Below, piece by piece: positions 1 to 11,959 of a stretch of 64,000 nt of DNA. Made by a program: the position numbers and the translations under genes. Origin of the DNA: Sphyrna mokarran (Eukaryota). The stretch is from positions 29,078,001 through 29,142,000 of the forward strand of contig JAGIQG010000021.1 in NCBI GenBank assembly GCA_024679065.1. The letters are read 5' to 3'. The notes beneath the pieces were generated by a model. That model did no database searches and was not told the DNA's origin. It saw only the letters and a list, made by a program, of their open reading frames with translations. The first letter of the stretch is position 1, and each line of letters begins with the position of its first letter.

Positions 1-157
1 CAACTGTCAGCCTCGGTTCAGTGAGAGCACTCTTGCTGAAGATTGAGAGTTCATGCTCCATTCTGTGGCCAGGATTTTGTCAACAGCATGCCATTCTCAA
101 CATTGTGACTGTCAGTTACTTGCGTGGTTTCTCTTTTTGCCATTTCCTGTGCCAAAC

Positions 158-442
158 AGGGCAGCACGGTGGCTCAGTGGTTAGCACTGCTGCCTCACAG
201 CACCAAGGACCCAGGTTTGATTCTTGGCTTGGGCCACTGTCTGTGCGGAGTCTGCATGTTCTCACTGCATTTGTGCGGATTTCATCCAGGTGCTCCAGTT
301 TCCTCCCACACTCCGAAGGACATGCTGGTTAGCTACGTTGACCGTGATAAATTCAAACAGGCACTGGAGTGTCGTGACTAGGGGATTTTCCAGTAACTTC
401 ATTGCAATCCTGTAAGCCTGCTTGTGACACTAATAAATAAGC
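158..442 (+). mobile_element. tRNA-derived V-SINE (HE1-like body) with alternative 'tail B'
   Basis: Head GGCAGCACGGTGGCTCAGTGGTTAGCACTGCTGCCTCACAG with A/B boxes, V-domain TGTGCGGAGTCTGCATGTTCTC...CCAGTTTCCTCCCAC, tail ACTAGGGGATTTTCCAGTAACTTCATTGC...TTGTGACACTAATAAA. Confidence 0.85.
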
Positions 443-654
443 TTAAACTTTTAACACGATGTATCGGTTGGCCACAGTTGAGCATTGTGATTGGGAAGCT
501 TGCCAAAAATGGGAGAATATTATTCCCGGTGAGGAAAACCAGTTTGTTTCTCTCCAGAGAAACAAGTCAGTTTTCTTTCCAGATTTTCTGACACACTGCC
601 AAAAAGAAATAAAAGGGGTGTGATTCACACTGTCATGTTGGGGGGGGGGCAAAG

Positions 655-835
655 CCTCAACACATGGCTAAATTGCCTCTTAATGTGTCCAAATATGTGT
701 AGTTTAAATGCATCAGCCATGGTAAAATGTGTGAGATTATGAGGATGGGGCGAAGCAGAGGGCCTTGGTGGGATGATCTTTCAGAGATAGATGCAGACTA
801 GATAGGCTGAATGGCTATAGTGGTTCTATGGTTCA
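655..835 (+). mobile_element. 3' half of HE1-like SINE (CR1-type tail)
   Basis: GCTAAATTGCC...GCAGACTAGATAGGCTGAATGGC...TTCTATGGTTC matches tails of the other copies in the window. Confidence 0.6.
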
Positions 836-1984
836 ACAGGGTCCACTAACACAGCCACGTGGAGCAAAGGCCACAACCACGTCAATTGCTATACAGAAAA
901 TCAGATTTCCCTTTCATCCTTATGGCTCGCCAGGCTTCAGGTCTCATTTGTTTAGTCTGTAAGGGTAACTGAAGCATTGCCACATTGTTACGCCATCACG
1001 CACATGCCTACCTACCTCAGAAATGCCAATCTCTCCAATGGAGCTGCGAATCTGACATCAGTGTATGCCTCTGATTCAGCTCCAGCATCAGCTACCCACT
1101 GGCCATCCTGAACAGGATAGTGAGACAGTTGTAGCCAATTAGGAGGACAACTCCCAGTAAGCTGTCATGCAAATAGCTGACTACATACCATAGATTAGGA
1201 TCGCTATATGGGCTCAACATCAAATCCCAACACGTGCTGATAAGCTCAGCCTTATGATTCAATGAATGTTGTGTCTGTTAAGTGCTGAGCAGAGATTGGT
1301 TTGATGTTGTCTGAGTTTTATGTTGAGGAGGAGTTTCCACCCAATAGCTTTGGTGGAAACATGGGCAAACACCCTTTTTATGTGTGGGAGCGGAGTTTCT
1401 GACACACCTGCTGAATTTACGATTGCTGAGTCAGAATGTTCTAAGAGCTTCCATCCCATTTTCTTCACTGTTTGATATTTACATCACCTGTTAATCTTGC
1501 ACCCATGTTAAGAAAATGACACGTAATTCTGTTTGCCTAAAGCCACTGAATATTTGTGCCTGATTTATAACTGAAGCATGAATAAACATTTAAGATTGAG
1601 CTGCACATTCTGTGTTACATGGAAAGGGAACTGTGTAAACAGTATAATCAGCAAAAAGAGTTAAAACAATAAAGAACAGCTCTCCAAGGCCAAATGGTAC
1701 ATTTGTTATAATGATATTTGGAAGATCCTATTTTATGCAGAGACATTTATTTTCCTAAAGGAATATCTTTATAACTCAGTATGATTTTATGTCCTGCATG
1801 ATAGATTAGATGTTAAGAAACAACAATTCTAGACTAATGGTGATAAGGATACTACTTGGAAGTAGCTCTTTGTAGATTCATTGTATTTAAAATGTAATCA
1901 AAAACCTCCAAAACTGCATGACTTTGTTTTTCACCTAGATATTTTGAGTTTGTTCAGTATGCCTCCAGTGTCATCATGTCATAA

Positions 1985-2560
1985 ATTTTTAAGTGTGATA
2001 AAAATGTAAGGGTTAATCAAAGGCAGCCAGTATGGATTTTTTGACAGCAAACCATGACTGATGAAGGTAAAGAGATTATAATGGATGTTATGGATTTTCA
2101 AAGACATTTGATAAGGTGTCACACTAGATTTTTGTTGCAAAAGTACAGGTGTACAGAATAAAAGCAGATACAACATGGATGTAAGGTTCATTGCTATGCA
2201 GGAAATGAGTAGTTGGGGCTAATTGGCATTGCTCAAATTCACAATTGGATGAAAATGCCGATTATTCCTGATATGTATAGATGATTTAGTCTTGACATAC
2301 AGAGCATAAGTTTTGACACTTGCCAATGGCAGAAAAATAGCAGAGAGTGAGGAGTGTAAAAGACTTCAGAAGAATATATTGCCTATGTTAATGAAGAGGC
2401 AGGTGGTTGTCAGGTACAACTTAATCGAAAGAAATGGGAAGCACAAAGCAAAATGAGTGTATATTCAATAGGAAAGTGTTGCAAAATATGGATTAATGCT
2501 ATCAATATTGATTCAGCGTGCTGAAATAACATCTGAAAAGCAAATGTTATACAGAGAGAA
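1985..2560 (+). mobile_element. Degraded CR1 LINE reverse transcriptase fragment
   Basis: CAGTATGGATTT...AAACCATGACTGA and TATGGATTTTCAAAGACATTTGATAAGGTGTCACAC correspond to QHGF...KSCLTN and YMDFQKAFDKVPH; frameshifted with stops. Confidence 0.75.
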
Positions 2561-3839
2561 TACTAATCCTTTGTCTCTATTGTAAACATGAATGACATTG
2601 CATTGAATATCCTATATAGCTTTTTACATATTTTACACTTTATTAGACCTAATGAGGCAATGTGACTTGCATGTGGATTTATGTCATAGGCAAATTTCAA
2701 GCATACATCACAAACTTGGCTGAGAGCCCTGACATCCATTACTCTTTATAAGACAGCCACACCTGGAGAGAACATTGCTTGATTGAAAGCCTTGGCTTTC
2801 TGACTTCACGGCATGCAGTGCCAGATTTAAACATGGTGAGACCCTAAGCTATATAAAGCTTGGAAGTCCTTTGTTAAAAAGTTACACCAAAAGGTCTCAC
2901 AAAGGTGCATACCAAACCAGGACTGTGGGTCGCCACAAAAATTTTATTTGCAATAGGATTTTGCCAGTCAGAAAACCCACCAAAAGCTAGTGCTACAGTT
3001 GATGTTGAAAAGAGCTTGCAGATAAAGCAGTAAACAGAGGGTCCAATTTTACCAGTCGGAGCCTAAGGGCTGGATCTGGGCGTAATATGGATCCGAGGCT
3101 GCTTCTTGCCGGCTCTGATCCAATCCGTGCTATGGGGCAGATCTTAGCCCTGCCAGAATGATCGGAGCTCTGAACTGCGCATGTGCAGTTCAAAAAAAAT
3201 CTGAAGTGGCGCACCCAGGTGCAAAAGAGAAAAACAGCAGAGAGCACGGGGTGGGTGAGAGGTGAAATGGACTTGGAAGAATCTTGCAAACTGAAAATAA
3301 TGTAACATCTTCTATGGAAAGGTAATTAAACTGCAGTGTCCTAGTGAGCAATTAGTGACCTGTATAATACATTTGTGATCTGTAATTGGATTGTGGATAT
3401 CCCTGCAGCCATGAGCCAGGTGCTCAAATGTTCAGAGTTATGTGGTGAACTTGGAAGAATTGTCCCCGTGGTGAAACTTGGTTGGAAATAAAATTCAAAG
3501 GGATTACTAAATCTGGGAAATCAACCATAGTGAAAAGAAGTTTGTATCGGCAACTCTTCTGTCTCATTCCATGGCAGATGTGCCCCTATTTATGAATGTG
3601 ATTTGTATGGGCAATGTTGTGTGCAGCTAATCTGCCTGTGGAGCAGCCTTGGTTCCTTCCTTTCATCTTGTTTTCATCTGAACATTGCACAGAATTAGAG
3701 GAATTCCCTTTGGAAGATAATGTCAAAATTATAATGGCAGGAACTAAAAACCTGACAGTCAAAAATTTGGGAAAGTATTTCAAAATATGGATGGGGTGAT
3801 ATATATTTTGAAATGTTTTCCCACATTTTTTGACTGTCA

Positions 3840-3969
3840 GGGTGGGATTTTCTGACCTCACTTGCCTTGAACCTGGAAAATCCCAGCCCAAGGTCAACAG
3901 ACCTTTCTGTGGTCCACCTCTCGCCCACTCCAATTCCTGCAGTGGGTGGGACAGTAAAAATTCTGGTCA
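3840..3969. mobile_element. Short MITE family A (~130 bp; GGGNGGRATTTT...AAAATYCNGCCC-type termini)
   Basis: Imperfect terminal inverted repeats and shared core GGAAAATCCC...AGGTCAACAGACCTTT...TGGTC, which recurs at 8239, 12887, 14013, 20640, 36626 and 52740. Confidence 0.7.
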
Positions 3970-4707
3970 TTGTACTAGAACTCTACAGCTATTCTATATG
4001 ACTGTTCTTCACTCCCTTTGTTCCTCCGCATACTATGTAATACAACAGTGCATAAATTTAACAAGTGCTAGATCCAAACTTCAGGAACTAAGTGCAATGG
4101 AGCTGGGGGTTCAGATGCCAATTCAACCATGTCACCTGAGCACAAACTCACTCAAAAAGGCCTTTAAATTCACGTAGAGATCAGCACCCTCCTGGTACAC
4201 AAACAAAATTAGAAACTTATCACAATTCAACTGAGGACTTAAAGATAGAAATGTTAGAATTTCTTTTTGGAAGATTCTACCCATTGGCCTTGCGAAAGAA
4301 ACCAAGCAAATAAATGCAAATTGTCATAACGTAGATAATATTACTTACTCAGCTCTACAATATATAACTGTTTTAGCTATACTTGCACTTCTGTTCTGAG
4401 AAATTGATAGGAATTCATCTGTTGCATTGTACTTGATCAAATGGGATGAGGTTTGGCATAAAACTACTCGGTGAAAGTTGGTAATTGCCTTCTAGTACAC
4501 AAAATCTTTCTCAACTGTTTTGATAGGCCATGGAGATGTGATCTCATTTATTCATAGCGTATGGACACTGGCGAGCGATCTTGGCACACAGAATTTTCCA
4601 TTTAAAGTAATAGCATCCATTATTGGAGTTTCCAGTTGCTCTTACAAACTTTTTTCCAGCTCGCTCAATGATATCCTGAAGCCAAAATGTATTTCTGTTT
4701 CTATGGG

Positions 4708-5055
4708 AGACAATAGCATAATGGTATTGTCGCGGGGCTTGTAACCCAGAGATCTGTGGTGATACTCTGAGGACCCAGGTTCAAATCCCACTACAGTAGA
4801 TGGTGAAATCTGAGTTCAATAAAAAAAATCTGGAATTAAAAATCTACTGGTGACCATGCAATCATTATTGATTGCTGTAAAAACCCATCTGGTTTGCTAA
4901 TGTCCTTTGGGGAAAGAAATCTTTTGTCCTTTATCTAGTCTAGCCCACATGTGACTCCAGATCCACAGCAATGTGGTTGACTCTTAAATGCTCTCAGGGA
5001 TGGGCAATAAATGCTGACCCTACCGGTGAAGCATATATCCCACGAATGAAGAAAA
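4708..5055 (+). mobile_element. tRNA-derived SINE family C (tail GGGATGGGCAATAAATGCTG)
   Basis: B-box GGTTCAAATCCC, body AAAACCCATCTGG...TGTGACTCCAG...GCAATGTGGTTGACTCT; multiple copies in window. Confidence 0.85.
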
Positions 5056-5769
5056 ATACTGTTAACCAATTTTTATAATGAAATGAGATTGGCTTCAGTG
5101 GAACTTACCTGTGGGGTAGCACTTTTATTGAAAAAAAATGCAGAAATTACTTGGGTTTTTGAATATATTTGATGTAATTTTGGCATATCCACAATCAATA
5201 TTCTTGGGGCAGTTCTATTTTGATAAAACTAGCCCTGCATCCCAGACGATATGATTGGATCTTGTTCACCCACAGGATCAGGCGAGGATTAAGAATTCTT
5301 GTGCTAGCTGGCAAGATCCCTCAGATGAATTCTGAGATTTAATTACCTTGAAAACAAATTAATTGCTGCATTTATTACAGAAAGGGGGCTGTACAGATAT
5401 GCGGGGCAAAAAAAAACAATGTGTTGGCATTTATGAAGCAAGAATATAACCTGGTGGGCTCACCATCACTTTCTTTTCTTTAATCTCTTCAGGTATATTA
5501 AAGGTTTGTAATAGGGTAGAAGGCAGCTGTGCTTAAATGAGGAAAACAGATGACAATGCCTGGCTAAAGGGGGCGATAATGAGACCAGTTAAGAGGCAAA
5601 AGATAGTTCTAGAGGACCTTTAACAAGAGATGCTGTCTGAAAAAAATGGGAGCAGTCTTATGATCTGAAATTATTGAACTCAATACTTAGAGCAGAACAT
5701 TGTGAAGCACCTCACTTTAAAATGGGACATTGTTTCTCGAGCTTCATAGTCACAGTTTAGGCAATTGAA

Positions 5770-5985
5770 GGGGGTCGCTTTAGCCCAATTGACTGGACAG
5801 CTGCTCACTGCTGCAGAACAATGTGAACAGCACTGGTTCAATTCCCATACTGGCTGAAGTTATTTATTAAACTCCTCAAGCTTCCCCCTTGCCTGAAATG
5901 TGGCGACCCTCAGATTAAATTACTCTTAGTTATGTCTGCCCCTCAAACAGCAGCCTATTGTCAACTGGGACTGTAGCACCTTATC
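5770..5985 (+). mobile_element. Degenerate tRNA-derived SINE of another family
   Basis: TAGCCCAATTG A-box-like and GGTTCAATTCCC B-box, ending GCAGCCTATTGTCAACTGGGACTGTAGC; single copy here so family is uncertain. Confidence 0.45.
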
Positions 5986-6119
5986 TTGACTTGAGGAGAA
6001 CGAGGTCAGCATGGAAATGGGAAGCAGGAGCCGAAGGATCAGGCACGCAGACTGAACAGAGTTGATTCAAAGACATTGGGAATAATCAACAAGTCAGTTG
6101 GATCATTGAGAATGAAATT

Positions 6120-6428
6120 GTAGTTAACGCTGCTGCCTCACAGCACCAGGGACTCAGATTCAATACCAGTCTTGGGCAACTATATGGAGTTTGCACATTC
6201 CCCATATGTCTGCATGGGTTTCATCCGGGTGCTCTGAATTCTTCCCATAATTCAAAGATGTGCCAGTTAGGTGGATCAGCCATGCTAAATTGTCCCTTAG
6301 TGACCAAATATGTGTAAGTTAGGGAGATTATTGTGATAAATAGATGGGCCCAGGTGGAATGCTCTGTTAGAGTGTTGGGCCGAATAGCCCTCTTTATATC
6401 TCCCTTCTGCCCTTTGGAGATTCTATGG
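6120..6428 (+). mobile_element. HE1-like V-SINE, CR1-type tail
   Basis: CTGCTGCCTCACAGCACCAGGGAC head, GGAGTTTGCACATTC V-domain, GGGCCGAATAGCC...ATTCTATG tail. Confidence 0.8.
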
Positions 6429-7052
6429 AAACAGATTAATGTCTTCAGGTAAATCACTGCTTCTGTTCAGTCCACACACTTATGACTTTGAAATTCTGGT
6501 GACTTGCCGCTTTAGATTTGCATTCTATTCCCACTCTGACAATTAAATATTTTACTTTAATTACCCTTTCCCATGAATCTCTCTGATTCCACTGTTCAAT
6601 TTGGAGGAGAGATTTGATTTTTAATAAAATAGTTTCTAGCCCCATTCCAACAGGACATTTTCAGACGAATTAACTAGGAGGTGAAATGTAAAGATGTAAA
6701 TTTAAACTTTATATACAAGGACAATAATCTCACCTTAATTTTAAATCACCCATTGTGGAATGACTCATCCAATAAATTATAAGCATTATCAGAAAAAATT
6801 CGGTGACAAGGTATATATGGTGTATAACAACCTTGTGAGAACACAATCAATGATGGAAAGATGCCCAAATCCAGAGAAGGATAAGGGGTGAAACAGAACA
6901 ATTAAAATGCTGCAAAATGGCGACTTGGAACACAGCAAACAGTGCGTGTTTAAAAACTGCGAGCAGATTTTGTTTGTGAGTAAAATAAATGAATGTTATC
7001 TTTTTTAAAAAAAAGGCAGTTTCCTTAGCTTTTAAATTAATTATATACCACA

Positions 7053-7151
7053 GTGCCTTATCCAGAGGGTATTGCGCAGTGACAGAAACTGTGCCTCTAG
7101 ATTTCAGATTTGTGCCTTTTGGTTACATAGCAACCAGCAGAAAGTGCCTTA
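7053..7151 (+). promoter_or_regulatory. Motif cluster: GTGCCTTA x2, GTGCCTT, GTGCCT and an RFX X-box-like palindrome
   Basis: GTGCCTTA 7053-7060 and 7144-7151, GTGCCTT 7112-7118, GTGCCT 7091-7096, GGTTACATAGCAACC 7121-7135, in non-repeat sequence. Function is inferred only. Confidence 0.35.
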
Positions 7152-8238
7152 TGATATTGAAAGCATGATTGTTTTGAGAATATCATGAAGCATCTAACTA
7201 AAACTGAACAGAATTGCAATGTAAATAATTATCCATCTGTAACCCAGTAAGAGTCAGTAATCTGATCAGGCTTAATATTATGGACATATATATTTTTGTT
7301 GCTATACGTTAAAAGTAAGAGATTATATTTCTTACGGGCATAACTCTTACCACCAGTTTCTGCCTTCATTGCATGTAGATTATGAGAGGTAGAAAATAGG
7401 ATAATACACTGCCACTTGCTCACATTGATGCTCAGAGTGCTCAAAATGTCCTCATTAGAACAAAGTTCACACAGAAGCTACCAGTGCACACATCTCAAAA
7501 CCACCATGCAAAACCCATTCTGTCATCATTCTCCCAACCATGCCATTAATGCAAAGCAGCACTGCAAACCTCCTTTACACTGCATACGTTCTTTCCATTC
7601 ACCCTCCCACTGCTGAAGACCAGCTCCCAGTTAGCAACCAGGAAAGGGCAAGGCATGAAAATGATGCAAAAGAATAAAATGTATTTGCTTCAAATACCCA
7701 GAGAAGCTTAACAATCTGGAACAGTGTCACACACGTGCACACTCTTATCTGTCTATATACCACTAATCTTCCTATTCCTAACTCTTCAACATTTGCAAAA
7801 CCATTTAATTTGAGCTGAGTTAAAGACAGGCTGCTTAGGTCCTTGCTCTGATGTTCCTAACTTTCATCTTCTGCATCTGGGATAGCATGATAACCCTGCC
7901 AAAGACTGCTCCACCTGCCAGAGGATATTCAGACCCTGGGACAGGGGCAGCATTGCACTGCACTGATTGAACTGAGAAGAAGGGGAGAATCCGAGGGGGT
8001 AAAAGGTGAAAAGTAGAAGCATTTTGAACAGAGTCTCCTCTTCCATATCTTCCTTCTGGTATTTTGCTACAAAGATTGGACCTAAGAGCGTTTAGTTGTA
8101 GGTGTGTGAGGTGATGAAAGGCCAATAGCAAAGTTTCACCATTCATTGTTAAGGTGGCTTCCAGAATATGCAATCCCTCATGCACTCAGATGGTTGGTGC
8201 TCTTTGAATTAGTCACTATTTTCATAGAATTAGTTATC

Positions 8239-8362
8239 GGACGGAATTTTCCACACTTGCCCACCTTGAAACTGGAAAATCCCATCTGAGGTCAACAGAC
8301 CTTTCCATGGTCTGTACCTCATTCACTCTGATTCTCGTGGTGGGTGGGACAGTAAAATTACA
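8239..8362. mobile_element. MITE family A copy
   Basis: GGACGGAATTTTCC...GGAAAATCCCATCTGAGGTCAACAGACCTTTCCATGGTC...GGGACAGTAAAATT. Confidence 0.7.
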
Positions 8363-8847
8363 ACTATCATCTCAAAGCACTGCCATATCATGCAATCCAT
8401 TCTTGAGACAGACTTCTCCAACCCTTCTGCAATGGTTCTCAGTGCATGTCGAGGTCCTGCTGGTACATCACACATTCACTGCTGCTGTTCACAAAGTATT
8501 CACTACAGTAATGATCCCAAGGTACGTTACCTGTCTAGCTGAGTGGAACGTGCCCTCCAACAGAGACTATCCACAACTTTCCCCAACTCCACCTTCTACT
8601 TGTATACTTGTGACGTGCAAGTCAGTGTGTAAACATCTTATCATCCCTCCCTGTCTCCCACAGACTTATCCCAGTTGATGCATGATCTTCCTGTGGCAGT
8701 GCACCATCAGAGGGTGTGCATTCCTCTGGGAAGTGGTTGGCATCATGGGTCAGCTTAAAATCTCATCCTAGAAAATAGGGACAAGAGTAAGCCGTATGGA
8801 CTATGGTGCAAGTGCCAATTTCCTTTGACTTTCAACGATACCTGAAA

Positions 8848-9130
8848 CAGCACAGTTCTTAGCAGTGCTGCTTCGCAGTGCCAGGCAGGGATTGATTCCC
8901 AGTCTGTGTGGAGTTAGCACATTCTCCCCATGTTTGCATGGGTTTCCTCCCACAGTCCAAAGATGTGTGGGTTAGGTGAATTGGCCACGCTAAATTATCC
9001 CTTAGTGTCAGGGAGATTAACTAGGGTAAATGTATGGGGTTACGGGGATCGGGTCTGGGTGGATTGTGGTCTGTGCAGGCTCAGTGGGCCAAATGGCCTT
9101 CTTCTGCACAATAGGATTCTATGATTCTTG
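8848..9130 (+). mobile_element. HE1-like V-SINE, CR1-type tail
   Basis: TGTGTGGAGTTAGCACATTCTCCCC...TCCCACAGTCCAAAGATGTG...GGGCCAAATGGCCTTCTTCTGCAC...ATTCTATGATTCT. Confidence 0.85.
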
Positions 9131-9294
9131 GATACTTCCTTTATTCTAGTGCAGACAGGCTAGACTGTCTCTCTCTAGATACTTACAACTCACAACACTC
9201 GTTCCAGGAAGACATTGCTGCAGTGGGAATTAGAACTTGAATTTATGTTAGCCCTAAATCTTTATCTCAGAATTTACTGTTAACTGTTTAATTT

Positions 9295-9460
9295 AACATA
9301 GAAACATAGAAGATAGGAGCAGGAGAAGGTCATTTGGCCCTTTGAGCTTGCTCCACCATTTATTACGATCATGGTTGATTGTCCATCTCAATAATCTAAT
9401 CCTGCTTTTTCCCTATCATGTTGATTCCATTAGCACAAATTGCTATATCTTGCTGCCTGT
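9295..9460 (-). mobile_element. CR1 LINE 3' end
   Basis: CATAGAAACATAGAAGATAGGAGCAGGAGAAGGTCATTTGGCCC is the reverse complement of the CR1 3' terminal hairpin and 8-nt repeat. Confidence 0.75.
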
Positions 9461-10204
9461 ATTTTGTTTGTCATCTCATAGTTTCTTCTCTCCTGTCTCA
9501 TCCGTAACTTTCATCTGACTTGCCACCCACTGATTTCTCTGTTCTGTGCACTCCATACCGCTCACTTCTGATGTGTGCCATTTGTCCCCAGCATTCTCAC
9601 TCTCACAGTGAAGGGCACTCCTGTATGCTGAATGCTGCTGAAAGAAACAGCTTTTTTTTCACTGTTGGGATTATCCTGTTTCATTCTTTGGTCCTTATTT
9701 CACCTCTGTAGGCAAGAGAGGATCACAACAGGAATGGAGGGCAAGTCAGCAACAACCATACAACCAATGACAAGCTGCTTGAAGTAAAGACCTGCACTAT
9801 CTTTATCAAACACCCCATCGTTTCTTTTCCCTCTGCCAACCTTCTGGGAAATGAGAAGCAAGAGCCCCCATGTGGCATTTGCATACTTGACTTTTGTACA
9901 TGAGGACACCTGACTCAGTTTCCTAAAGTGGAGGTGTTAGAAATCCTGGACATTCGCTGGGAATTTAGCATAGGAATATCAAGGCCTCCGATTTCATTTA
10001 GTGCATGGTTCTAGATACGAAGGTAACACCAGTATCCTGTCTAAATGACCACTGTTTTATATAAGAACCTTGGCACTAAATGTCAATATTCTACTTGACT
10101 ATGGATAGAGTCACGCAACTAGAATTCCACCACAAAGACACCTTTCAGTAGGGCTGACTGAACAATGATCAGGAAAAGAAGTCCTGATTGAGTGTTTTCC
10201 CCAA

Positions 10205-10452
10205 GACATTTAGGACTGAGATTAGGAGAAACATCTTCTCTAAGGGTGGCATGGAATTCCCTACTACAGAAAGATGGAGACTAAGTCACTGATTCCCTTG
10301 AGGAAAAGATTGATAGATTCCTAGACTCTAAGAGTGTCAAGAGGTATGGGGCAGGTGTGAGTATGACACTGAGGTAGAGAATTGGCCGTGATCGTATTGA
10401 ATGACGGAGCAAGTCCAAAGGCTGAATGGTCATATTTTCTGTGTTTCTTTGT
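10205..10452 (+). mobile_element. CR1 LINE 3' end
   Basis: TTTAGGACTGAGATTAGGAGAAAC...TGGAATTCCCTAC (FRTE.RRNFF...WNSLP) followed by the CR1 3' UTR. Confidence 0.75.
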
Positions 10453-10801
10453 AACTCGTTGAAATCTTTCCATTTATGTAAGATGATGGGGCAGGTAGCA
10501 AATCAAATCCGCCGAGGATGGGGTGGCTTCATGTTTACTGATGGCTAAAGAGATCAATCTCTAAGTGCCACCAGTGCCACTTATGAAGTGGTTATCAGAT
10601 GTTGTTATCCTTGGTACCAATGCCTGGTGCCAAAGCATTGTGGACACTGATTGTCATGGTGACACATGCTAGTGGAAAAAACAAAGGGTGAAATATAAAA
10701 AGTTTTGATCTCCTTCTGGAAAGAGATCCCACACATCTATGGAAAAGAAAACAGCTGATTTTTCATATAGCAGAATTAAAAAACTACTAGCTGCATTATC
10801 A

Positions 10802-11148
10802 TTTTTTAAAAATTTATTCATGGGACGTGGGTGTCACTGGCTGGCCAGCATTTATTGCCCATCCTTAATTGCCTGAGGGCAGTTGAGAGTCAGCCACATT
10901 GCTGTGGCTCTGGTGTCACATGTAGGCCAGACCAGATATCCTTCGCTAAAGGATGTTGGTGAACCAGATGGGTCTTTCCAACATTCGGTTTCATGATCAT
11001 TGGTAGATTCTTAATTCCGGATTTATTTTTTTTATTGAATTCAAATTCCACCATCTGCTACGGCAGGATTCAAACCTGGGTCCCCAGAACATTAGCTGAG
11101 TTTTTGCATTAGCAGCTTAACACTAATACCTCAAGGCCATCACCTCCT
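10802..11148 (-). mobile_element. SINE family C
   Basis: Reverse complement of the 4708-5055 element (CAGCATTTATTGCCCATCC...GAACCAGATGGGT...GGATTCAAACC). Confidence 0.85.
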
Positions 11149-11959
11149 CTGAAGTAAAAATACTCTCATGTACTTTTCCAGTACAGAAAAGAACTATTAG
11201 GGCCCCTTTTGCTGGAGCAATCCAAAACTAACCCCATTACCTTAATCTCACCTCATATCCCAATGTCTGTTACTGTTTTAAATATTTATCTAATTCTCCC
11301 TTAATAAAAATAATGGCATAATCCTGAAAGTAAAACTACATTTTTGGAGGAAAAAAACCAAAATGAATAGTCTTCTGTATTCAAAAAGTTAAACTATTTA
11401 TAATGGAAACAACAATTATTTAATCTATTTTTAAGCTTCTTTGTTCCAATAATCCTTATAATTCGTTACAGTCTAATCATTTTTTGCATAAATGCCTCAT
11501 TATCCCTTACTGTTCTTCCCGAGGCCCGTACTTGTAAAGCTCGTTAATCTCCTGCTTCCACATCTTTAGGAAATTATGTACTTAAATCTAAAACTACACT
11601 TATTCATATCTTTCCAATAAGGGTACAGTCGCAGTTACATTTTCTCCCTCATGTTTATCGACATTAAGTGAAACTCTGCCAATTCCACATGGCCGTTTAA
11701 GTGTCGGACTGAGATGGTGCTCTCTCAATCCTACCCAAATCATCATTGTATATGAAGGACAAAATTCCTAACCCAGACTAAAGCATTTAAAGCAAGGCTG
11801 CCTCTGAGATGCACCCATTCATTCTTACCCTTGCTCATAGAAAATTACCTATCCTGGGTGAGGTTGCACATGAGGACTTCAGGCGCGCATCCCAACGTCA
11901 TTGCGTATTTGCACACTATTTTCCTAGGTGTGCACGAATGTAGATTTGGGTGTGCATCC

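Noticed and set aside
158-240. tRNA gene, here and at other A/B-box sites
   Set aside because: The tRNA-like heads continue directly into SINE bodies and lack a complete cloverleaf and terminator.
21-415. Overlapping ORFs of 63-103 aa, and similar ORFs at 20069, 30256, 42433 and 60613
   Set aside because: They are translations of V-SINE sequence (recurring STVVSTAASQ / AQWLALLPH strings), not genes.
7835-8185. 116-aa minus-strand ORF with a possible acceptor near 8083
   Set aside because: No recognisable domain, weak polypyrimidine tract and no linked exons.
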